31,778 nucleotides of DNA. Source: Candidatus Peribacterales bacterium (GTDB lineage: Bacteria; Patescibacteriota; Gracilibacteria; Peribacterales; Peribacteraceae). Each line of letters begins with the position of its first letter. Within the stretch, counting starts at the first letter, position 1. The position numbers and the translations under genes are program-made. The stretch lies in contig JAKFXO010000030.1 in assembly GCA_021731345.1 (NCBI GenBank), positions 1-31,778 of the forward strand, written 5' to 3'. Below, piece by piece: positions 24,754-31,778 of this stretch. The notes under the pieces are model-generated. The model made no database searches, was not told the DNA's origin, and saw only the letters and a list, made by a program, of their open reading frames with translations.

Positions 24754-26085
24754 TTATCTGCCGATGAAAGTCTCGTGCAAAATATGAAGCGCGCGTTCGG
24801 TATCGTTCTCATCAACGACGAAAGTCATACTCACTCCGCCTGCTGCTTGCGAGATCATCTCAACCGGAATTTCGTGCTGACCAAGAACCGTAAAGATACG
24901 TCCTGCGACTCCTGCAGCGTTAATACTGCCTCCTACCATGCAGATGATGGCTTTGCCGGATACGACTTTCACTTCACCCAGTGAACTCAGATCATGAACA
25001 ATGCCATCCAAATTTTCACAGTCATCAATCGTGAGAGAGATACTCACAACAGACGTCGCAATGAGATCGATGCTCGTGCGGTATTTTTCAAAAATCTTGA
25101 AGACATTCGCCATGAGACCACTGCCATCAAAGAATTCGGGTGAGCGAACATGGATGACCGTGATCCCCTTTTTTCGAGAAAATGCTTCCACAGTCTTACT
25201 CTTACCGTGACGCTCTTCGAAGCTGCTCACGATGGTCGTGCCTTTGCCCTCCGGCTTAAACGTATTAAGAATCTGCACGGGCACACCGGCTTCCATGGCG
25301 GGAAGAATAGTCTTTGGATGCAGCACCTTCGCGCCGAAGTATGCGAGTTCACAGGCTTCTTCGAACGCAAGTTCGTGAACCACCTTAGCTTCTGGGACGA
25401 TACGAGGGTCAGTCGTCATGAAACCATCAACCTCTTTCCAAATTTGAATGGCCTCAGCCTTGAGCGCAGCGCCAACGATAGCTGCCGTGTAATCCGATCC
25501 TCCGCGTCCGAGTGTCACGATCTCACCTTTCTCGGTCTTACCGATAAATCCGGTCATGACCGGCACAGTTTTTAGTGCCGTGATCTTTTTCTTCATGAGC
25601 GCGAACGATGATGGAAGTGGCTCAGCGTCTCCAAAGACTGCATTCGTTATCATGCCAAGTTCCCAAGCTGGATATGCGCGAGATGGAACACCGATCTTTG
25701 CGAGTTGTCCTGCAACAATGGTCGATGACAGGCGCTCGCCGAATGACTGAAAGAGATCAAGCGACTTCTTCGTGAGCTTTCCTTTCTTTCGGCGCGTGAG
25801 TTTCATAAGTGCCTCAAGTTCCCCAAACTGTTTTGCACACAAAGAAGGAGAAAGTTTCAGATCCTGCAAAATGTCTGCGTGCCTTCCGTGCAAGCTCTGA
25901 AAGATGTCCGCGCCCCCGCCCTCCGCAGCAGCATGCGCCAAGCGAATGAGCGTATCGGTGACTCCGGATACGGCCGACACAACAACAACCGGCTTCCTCT
26001 TCTTATACATCTTCACGATAGCAGCGACTTCGGAGATCGCTTTCGCGCTTCCGACTGACGTGCCACCAAACTTCATAACGATCAT
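24754..26085 (-). CDS. lysC: Aspartate kinase with two ACT domains
   Basis: MKFGGTSVG, VVVSAVSGVTD, SFGERLSS, TLGRGGSDYTA, KEVDGFMTTDPRIVP, YFGAKVLHP, C-terminal ACT repeats. Confidence 0.95.
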   Translation of the reverse strand: MIVMKFGGTSVGSAKAISEVAAIVKMYKKRKPVVVVSAVSGVTDTLIRLAHAAAEGGGADIFQSLHGRHADILQDLKLSPSLCAKQFGELEALMKLTRRKKGKLTKKSLDLFQSFGERLSSTIVAGQLAKIGVPSRAYPAWELGMITNAVFGDAEPLPSSFALMKKKITALKTVPVMTGFIGKTEKGEIVTLGRGGSDYTAAIVGAALKAEAIQIWKEVDGFMTTDPRIVPEAKVVHELAFEEACELAYFGAKVLHPKTILPAMEAGVPVQILNTFKPEGKGTTIVSSFEERHGKSKTVEAFSRKKGITVIHVRSPEFFDGSGLMANVFKIFEKYRTSIDLIATSVVSISLTIDDCENLDGIVHDLSSLGEVKVVSGKAIICMVGGSINAAGVAGRIFTVLGQHEIPVEMISQAAGGVSMTFVVDENDTERALHILHETFIGR

Positions 26086-26188
26086 AGTACGAAGTAGTGT
26101 GCCGATACATGACGCGGATGCAAGAGCGTCCGAGAAAAATCATGAACGGATTTCATGTAGCCATGCAAGATTTCTGTATACTTTGCGC

Positions 26189-27271
26189 ATGAAAAACTCC
26201 CACGAAAAACGCCGCGTCGGCATCCTCGGAGCCACCGGCATGGTCGGTCAGCAATACATCTCGCTTCTTGAAGGTCATCCGTGGTTCACGGTCACGCACA
26301 TGGTCGCAAGTCCGTCCTCGGCAGGTAAGACCTATGCAGAGGCAGTAGAAGGACGCTGGCACATGAACGGTTCAGTGCCGAAGGACGTACAGAAGCTCGT
26401 CGTTCATACGGTCGATGACCTCAAGGCAGTCGCGAAGAACTGTGACTTCGTGTTCTCAGCGCTCGATTCTGACATCGCCAAAGAGTGGGAAGAGAAATAC
26501 GCAGCAGCAGGCATCCCCGTTGTCTCTAATGCATCGACACACCGCATGACGCCAGATGTTCCGATGATCATCCCTGAAGTGAACCCTGAGCATCTCGAGA
26601 TGATTACAATTCAGCAAAAGAACCGCGGATGGGACAAAGGCTTCATCGTCGTAAAGCCGAACTGCTCTATCCAGAGCTACGTTGCTCCCCTTGCGACCTT
26701 GCACAAGAAATTCAAGATCAAGAGCGTTGTCGTCACCACGATGCAGGCCATCTCTGGTGCTGGGCATCCGGGCGTCGCATCGCTCGATATTTTGGAGAAC
26801 GTCGTACCGCTCATTAAAGGAGAGGAGGAGAAGTCTGAATTAGAACCTCGCAAAATCTTCGGCTCGATCAAAGGAGATAAAATCGTGCATGACGAATCAT
26901 TCACGATTTCCGCACACTGCAACCGCGTTCCGACCATCGACGGTCACATGGCGTGCGTGTCATTTAGCTGTGAGAAGAAGCCAACAGAAAAAGAGATCCT
27001 CGCTGCATGGAAAGATTTTAAAGGCCCGCCACAAGAGCTAAGTCTCCCATTTGCGCCGGTGCAGGCCATTACGTACCTCACGGAACCAAACCGTCCGCAG
27101 CCTCGTATCGACAGAAATCGGGATAAAGGCATGACGGTGACAGTAGGAAGGCTGAGGGAAGACCCTGTGTTCCAGTGGAAATTCGTTGGACTCTCTCACA
27201 ATACGATCCGCGGAGCGGCAGGCGGCGGTATTCTCATCGCCGAATTGCTGAAAGCAAAGTCGTATGTATAA
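26189..27271 (+). CDS. asd: Aspartate-semialdehyde dehydrogenase (archaeal/fungal-like branch)
   Basis: GILGATGMVGQ, LEGHPWF, PNCS, TMQAISGAG, HCNRVP, HNTIRGAAGG. Start at ATG 26189, 6 nt after TATACT. Confidence 0.95.
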   Translation: MKNSHEKRRVGILGATGMVGQQYISLLEGHPWFTVTHMVASPSSAGKTYAEAVEGRWHMNGSVPKDVQKLVVHTVDDLKAVAKNCDFVFSALDSDIAKEWEEKYAAAGIPVVSNASTHRMTPDVPMIIPEVNPEHLEMITIQQKNRGWDKGFIVVKPNCSIQSYVAPLATLHKKFKIKSVVVTTMQAISGAGHPGVASLDILENVVPLIKGEEEKSELEPRKIFGSIKGDKIVHDESFTISAHCNRVPTIDGHMACVSFSCEKKPTEKEILAAWKDFKGPPQELSLPFAPVQAITYLTEPNRPQPRIDRNRDKGMTVTVGRLREDPVFQWKFVGLSHNTIRGAAGGGILIAELLKAKSYV

Positions 27272-27280
27272 TTTTCGCAT

Positions 27281-28513
27281 ATGACTAAAGGAACCATCCT
27301 CATCATCGGCGCCGGCGGAGTCGGCTCAGTTGCCGCACACAAGTGCGCTATGAACAAAGACGTCTTCACCAAGATTCACTTGGCGAGCCGCAGTCTGGCA
27401 AAACCAGACGCTATCAAGAAAGACATTAAGAAGCGCTGGGGAGTAAATATTACAACGCACAGCGTCGATGCCGATAAGACGAAACAGGTAATCGCTCTCA
27501 TTAAAAAAGTGAAACCGTACCTCGTGCTCAACCTTGCGTTGCCGTACCAGGATCTCACGATCATGGACGCGTGTCTGGCAACCAAGACGCACTACATGGA
27601 CACCGCCAACTACGAGCCAATCGACAAAGCTGAGTTTGAGTACAGCTGGCAGTGGGCATATAAGAAGAGGTTTAAGGATGCAGGAATTATGGCTGTGCTC
27701 GGCGCTGGATTTGACCCAGGTGTCACCAACGCATACTGCGCATTCCTGCTCAAGAAATATTTCGACACGGTAAAGCATGTCGACATCTTGGATGCCAACG
27801 CCGGTAACCACGGCAAAGCGTTCGCCACAAACTTCAACCCGGAGATCAACATCCGCGAGGTGACACAGGTCGTGAAGCACTGGAACAAGGGCAAGTGGGT
27901 GAAGACGCCTGCCATCCTCGATCAAACAAGCATCCACTTCGACTTCGATTATCCGCAAATCGGTCCAAAAGACAGCTACCTCCTCTACCATGAGGAGCTT
28001 GAGTCTCTTGCCAAGAACCTCCCAGGCCTTGAGCGCATCCGCTTCTGGATGACATTCTCCCAGAACTACATCACGCACCTGCGCGTCATGCAAAACATTG
28101 GCATCACCCGCATCGACGAAGTGGAATACGACGGTAAGAAGATCGTTCCGATCAAATTCTTGAAGGCCCTTCTTCCGAATCCAGCGTCACTTGCCACCAA
28201 GTACACGGGCAAGACAAACATCGGTTGTATCGTGACCGGAAAGAAAGACGACAAAGAGTTCACGAAGTACATCTACAACGTCTGTGACCACGCTGAGTGC
28301 TTCAAGGAAGTCGGCTCTCAGGCAATCTCGTACACCACAGGTGTGCCGGCCATGGCTGCGGCCATGATGCTGATGCAGGGCACATGGACGGGTAAGGGTG
28401 TATTTAACATCGAGCAGCTTGATCCTGAGCCTTTCTTGAACGTTGTGGCCAAGAACGGTCTGCCGTTCAAAGTCGTCGACCACGATCCTCTCCCCGATTC
28501 CCTCACTCCATGA
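27281..28513 (+). CDS. Carboxy(nor)spermidine dehydrogenase (CASDH; saccharopine dehydrogenase family)
   Basis: IIGAGGVG, LALPYQDLTIMDAC, YMDTANYEP, GAGFDPGVT, FATNFNPEINIRE, SQAISYTTGVPA. ATGA overlap with nspC. Confidence 0.92.
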   Translation: MTKGTILIIGAGGVGSVAAHKCAMNKDVFTKIHLASRSLAKPDAIKKDIKKRWGVNITTHSVDADKTKQVIALIKKVKPYLVLNLALPYQDLTIMDACLATKTHYMDTANYEPIDKAEFEYSWQWAYKKRFKDAGIMAVLGAGFDPGVTNAYCAFLLKKYFDTVKHVDILDANAGNHGKAFATNFNPEINIREVTQVVKHWNKGKWVKTPAILDQTSIHFDFDYPQIGPKDSYLLYHEELESLAKNLPGLERIRFWMTFSQNYITHLRVMQNIGITRIDEVEYDGKKIVPIKFLKALLPNPASLATKYTGKTNIGCIVTGKKDDKEFTKYIYNVCDHAECFKEVGSQAISYTTGVPAMAAAMMLMQGTWTGKGVFNIEQLDPEPFLNVVAKNGLPFKVVDHDPLPDSLTP

Positions 28514-29709
28514 GCACGGAGGAAACGTTCGAGCCTTCATGGGAACGCGACCGCGAAGGATTTTTCGCACAGCTCGACTACTCAAAGGTCACCACACCCG
28601 CGTACATCTTTCATGAAGGTGCGCTCGAGGAAAATTTGAAGATCCTTGCACATGTAAAGAAGGAGGCCAGCTGCACCATCCTCCTTGCGCTGAAGGGCTA
28701 CGGCACGTGGAAAACATTTCCGCTGGTGAAGAAGTATCTGGACGGTGTGTGCGCCAGCTCGGTGAACGAAGCGAAGCTCGGTCGTGAAGAATTCGGCAAG
28801 CAGGTCCATAGCTACGCACCAGTGTTCAGTGATCGTGATATCGACGAGCAGGTTCTCTACGCCGATCACATTGTCTTCAACTCGCCGACTCAGTGGATCA
28901 AATACCGCGACTACGTGAAAAAGAAAAATCCGAAGATTCATTGTGGCATCCGCATCAACCCCGAGTCCGCCGGTGCGGGAAACGACCTCTATAACCCCTG
29001 CGCCAAAGGCTCACGCATGGGAAGCACGCTGAAGGAATGTGAAAAACACCCCGGTATTCTGGAAGCCGCAGATGGACTGCACTTTCACGCCCTCTGCGAG
29101 CAAAGTGCGGATGATTTGGAAGAAGCCCTGAAACAGGTTGAGAAGAAGTTCGGCAAGTACCTGAAAGGCAAAAAGTGGATCAATTTCGGTGGTGGTCATC
29201 ACATCACACGCAAAGGATATGACACCAAGAAGCTCATCGCGCTCGTCCGTGACTTCCAAAAGAAGTACGAGACGAATGTCATACTAGAACCCGGTGAAGC
29301 CGTGGGTCTGAATGCAGGCGTACTCGTAGCAAGCGTGCTCGATATCATCGAGAACAACGGAAAAATCGCGATGCTGGATACAACCGCAGAAGCACACATG
29401 CCAGATGTCCTCGGCATGCCCTACAGGCCTTCAATCATCGGTACAGGAAAACCTGAGGAAAAGAAGTATGACTATATGATGGGTGGCATTACGTGTCTCT
29501 CCGGTGACTTTATCGGCAAACACTCGTTTGACCATGAACTGAAGCCCGGCGACAAAGTTGTGTTCCAAAACATGGCCATCTATACGACGGTGAAGAACAC
29601 GACGTTCAACGGCGTGCGACTTCCCGATATCATCATCATGGATCAGAACAACAAGATCGTGCACACCAAGAAGTTCGGCTACGAAGATTTCAAGAATCGG
29701 CTGTCGTAG
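28510..29709 (+). CDS. nspC: Carboxy(nor)spermidine decarboxylase
   Basis: TPAY, LLALKG, RINP, YNPC..GSRMG, GLHFHALCEQ, NFGGGHHIT, LEPGEA, HMPDVL.MPYRP, TCLSGD, YTTVKNTTFNG. Confidence 0.95.
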   Translation: MSTEETFEPSWERDREGFFAQLDYSKVTTPAYIFHEGALEENLKILAHVKKEASCTILLALKGYGTWKTFPLVKKYLDGVCASSVNEAKLGREEFGKQVHSYAPVFSDRDIDEQVLYADHIVFNSPTQWIKYRDYVKKKNPKIHCGIRINPESAGAGNDLYNPCAKGSRMGSTLKECEKHPGILEAADGLHFHALCEQSADDLEEALKQVEKKFGKYLKGKKWINFGGGHHITRKGYDTKKLIALVRDFQKKYETNVILEPGEAVGLNAGVLVASVLDIIENNGKIAMLDTTAEAHMPDVLGMPYRPSIIGTGKPEEKKYDYMMGGITCLSGDFIGKHSFDHELKPGDKVVFQNMAIYTTVKNTTFNGVRLPDIIIMDQNNKIVHTKKFGYEDFKNRLS

Positions 29710-29748
29710 TTCGTCGGTCTTTGTTACCGTACCTGCATCACTTTTCGC

Positions 29749-30621
29749 ATGGATCAAAACCTCGTCACTCTCGGCCTCGTCCAAATGTCGATGACAAGCG
29801 ACAAGGATGAAAATCTCAAAAAAGCTGTCGTCATGACGGAGGAAGCAGCAAATAAAGGCGCCAAGATCGTCATTCTTCCGGAGCTCTTTGCAGGTCCGTA
29901 CTTCTGCATTGTCCCAAAAAATACAGAGGCGCTAAAAATGGCAGAAAGCATCCCAGGTACTGTCAGCAGCGCACTTTCAGCGCTCGCAAAAAGACTGAAA
30001 ATTGTGCTGATTGGAGGATCAATCTATGAAGAAGCAGACGGAAAGAGGTACAACACCTCCTGCATCTTCGGACCCGACGGCAAAACGATCGGAACCTACA
30101 GAAAAGCGCATATCCCGCATGATCCGGGTTTCTATGAGCAGGACTACTTCGGCAGTGGCAATGAAGTCATCAAGGTACATGACACTCCGTTTGGCAAAAT
30201 CGCCGTCGGTATTTGCTATGACCAGTGGTTCCCAGAGTTCGCACGTCTCGCAACGCTGGCTGGAGCAGCGCTCATCGTGTATCCCACCGCCATTGGAGAT
30301 AATCCAACAGTCGCTCCGGCTGATCCGAAGGTGAAAGAGAACTGGGAACAGATGTGGCGGGCAGCGCAGGTTGGCCACAGCGCAAGCAACTCTGTCTACG
30401 TCGCTGCCGTGAACCGTGTTGGTGACGAAGGTGCGACGCACTTCTTTGGTGGCTCTTTCGTCTCAGACCCGAATGCGACGCTTCTTGTGAAGGGTGACGA
30501 TACTGAGAAGGTACTGATCGCTGAGATCGATATGTCGTATCCGAAAAAAGTACAAGAATCCTGGAGATTTTTACTCGAGCGCCGACCAGATTTGTACGGC
30601 GGTATTACCAAGACATCATGA
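29749..30621 (+). CDS. aguB: N-carbamoylputrescine amidohydrolase (carbon-nitrogen hydrolase)
   Basis: Glu-Lys-Cys triad in LPELF, YRKAHIP and ICYDQWFPE; YPTAIG; ATGA overlap with aguA. Confidence 0.88.
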   Translation: MDQNLVTLGLVQMSMTSDKDENLKKAVVMTEEAANKGAKIVILPELFAGPYFCIVPKNTEALKMAESIPGTVSSALSALAKRLKIVLIGGSIYEEADGKRYNTSCIFGPDGKTIGTYRKAHIPHDPGFYEQDYFGSGNEVIKVHDTPFGKIAVGICYDQWFPEFARLATLAGAALIVYPTAIGDNPTVAPADPKVKENWEQMWRAAQVGHSASNSVYVAAVNRVGDEGATHFFGGSFVSDPNATLLVKGDDTEKVLIAEIDMSYPKKVQESWRFLLERRPDLYGGITKTS

Positions 30622-31664
30622 CCAACACTGCAAAGCCGTCCGCTGAAGGTTTCCGTATGCCCGCAGAATGGGCTTTGCAGAGTGCCGTATGGCTCTCGTG
30701 GCCATACAATCTAGAAGAAACCTGGGAAGGACACATTGATGGCGCTGAAAAAGCATTCACAGAAATGATCGAGATCATGTCTCATCATCAGATCGTGCAT
30801 CTTTTGGTACCAAATGATGCAGTTCGTACGCGTACTCTCTCAAAAATCAAGAATTCAAAGGCCAATCTAAAAAATCTACAGCTACATATCGTAGAAACTG
30901 GAGACATTTGGATCCGCGACTACGGCCCAATCTTCATCACGAAGGATTCTCCAAAGCACGAGGTAGCTTTCACGAAGTGGATCTATAACGCCTACGGTAA
31001 CAAGTACGACGCACTGCTCGTCGGCAACGACGTTGCGGACAAGATCCCGCTAGATACATATCGCAGGTTCGACACTGGCATCGTGCTGGAAGGTGGCTCC
31101 ATCGACGTGAACGGTAGTGGCACGGTTCTCACAACCGAAAGCTGCCTCCTCTCCCCTGACCGCAACCCGAACATGACGAAGAAGCAGATTGAACAGGCGC
31201 TCAGTGACTACCTAGGTGCGAGCAACGTGCTCTGGCTTGGCGAAGGCATTGAAGGCGATGACACCACGGGCCACGTGGATGATCTCACACGCTTCGTCGG
31301 CCCTTCTACGGTCGTCACTGTGGTGGAGGAAGACCCAAGCGACGCTAACTACAAGCCGCTCCTTGAAAACGTGAAGCGCTTGAAGTCAATGAAAGACGAG
31401 CGTGGTACTCCTCTCACGGTCTTAGAGATTCCGATGCCTCAAAAATTTGTTGTCGACGGTCGCCGTATGGCCGCAACTCATGCAAACTTCCTCATCGCAA
31501 ATAACGTTGTGCTCGTGCCAGTGTACGCACAACCTTCGGATGACGTTGCACTCGATATCCTCAGCAAATGCTTCCCGGAACGTAAGGTCATCGGTATCGA
31601 TTGCCGTGAGCTGATCTGGGGCTACGGCTCCATCCACTGCGCTTCGCAGCAACAACCAGCCTAA
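30618..31664 (+). CDS. aguA: Agmatine deiminase
   Basis: FRMPAEW, WIRDYGP, EGGSIDVNG, DDTTGHVD, NFLIAN, GSIHCASQQQP. Confidence 0.95.
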   Translation: MTNTAKPSAEGFRMPAEWALQSAVWLSWPYNLEETWEGHIDGAEKAFTEMIEIMSHHQIVHLLVPNDAVRTRTLSKIKNSKANLKNLQLHIVETGDIWIRDYGPIFITKDSPKHEVAFTKWIYNAYGNKYDALLVGNDVADKIPLDTYRRFDTGIVLEGGSIDVNGSGTVLTTESCLLSPDRNPNMTKKQIEQALSDYLGASNVLWLGEGIEGDDTTGHVDDLTRFVGPSTVVTVVEEDPSDANYKPLLENVKRLKSMKDERGTPLTVLEIPMPQKFVVDGRRMAATHANFLIANNVVLVPVYAQPSDDVALDILSKCFPERKVIGIDCRELIWGYGSIHCASQQQPA

Positions 31665-31668
31665 CATT

Positions 31669-31770
31669 CGTGAGAGGAAACCTACGGTTTCCTCTCACGG
31701 ACTCTCCTTCCTCTAAACGGAGCGGCTCCAGCGCGGGAACCCGCGAGACCCGCGCTTCGCCGCGCTTTTT
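31669..31770. repeat. Palindromic element after aguA (14-bp perfect inverted repeat plus GC stem and T-run)
   Basis: CGTGAGAGGAAACC-TAC-GGTTTCCTCTCACG (31669-31699), then AGCGCGGG (31730-31737) / CCCGCGCT (31749-31756) and CGCGCTTTTT. Confidence 0.75.
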
Positions 31771-31778
31771 ATGAGCCA

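Noticed and set aside
25904-26188. 95-aa N-terminal extension of Asd
   Set aside because: It overlaps lysC antisense and is not Asd-like. ATG 26189 follows a -10 box at leaderless spacing.
26086-26188. Lysine riboswitch upstream of lysC
   Set aside because: The region is too short and shared with the divergent promoter. No L-box features were recognised.
27281-28513. Saccharopine dehydrogenase or homospermidine synthase
   Set aside because: The motifs match the CASDH subfamily and the gene is translationally coupled to nspC.
28510-30621. Genetic code 25 (UGA=Gly) as in Gracilibacteria/Absconditabacteria
   Set aside because: TGA terminates CASDH and aguB at the expected lengths in ATGA overlaps, and no conserved gene needs TGA read-through.
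664-31667. Numerous long antisense or alternate-frame ORFs (e.g. 664-1362, 2313-2978, 8715-9383, 9600-10034, 14176-14793, 17076-17684, 27326-28093)
   Set aside because: All shadow well-supported genes, have no recognisable motifs, and show the Ser/Arg/Phe-rich composition typical of antisense frames.
1-31778. Prophage, IS element or CRISPR array
   Set aside because: No phage structural, integrase or transposase motifs and no regularly spaced repeats were found by eye.

Overview
Gene-dense bacterial chromosome segment with moderate GC. It uses the standard code (TGA is a stop), has almost no Shine-Dalgarno motifs, and has many -10 boxes 6-9 nt upstream of ATG. These traits and the orphan genes suggest a Patescibacteria/CPR genome, possibly Peribacteria-like; that placement is inference only. 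Content from left to right: the tail of an upstream gene; hpf; a four-gene orphan operon containing two apparent paralogs; a PD-(D/E)XK nuclease; a VIT1/CCC1 transporter; a host-attachment/baeRF-like protein; tRNA-Glu(CUC); an LCP protein; an ABC-2 exporter with a Fur-like box; a phospholipase D; rlmI, an unknown methyltransferase, rlmH and rlmD; a zincin; a catalytically truncated WcaJ-like protein and a nucleotidyltransferase; a stand-alone SecD-P1 lipoprotein; SecD with a parvulin insertion; folB-folK-folE; a HExxH orphan; and an 8.5-kb divergent polyamine cluster (PLP decarboxylase, lysC | asd, CASDH, nspC, aguB, aguA). Best leads: (1) a self-contained Arg+Asp to spermidine cluster whose LysA-like enzyme is a candidate new arginine decarboxylase; (2) a SecD-parvulin chaperone fusion with a P1-only lipoprotein partner; (3) a folB/folK junction with no canonical folK start (ATA start, -1 frameshift fusion, or assembly error); (4) the orphan paralog operon. 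No integrase, transposase or CRISPR array was seen. All family calls come from motif recognition by eye, not database searches.
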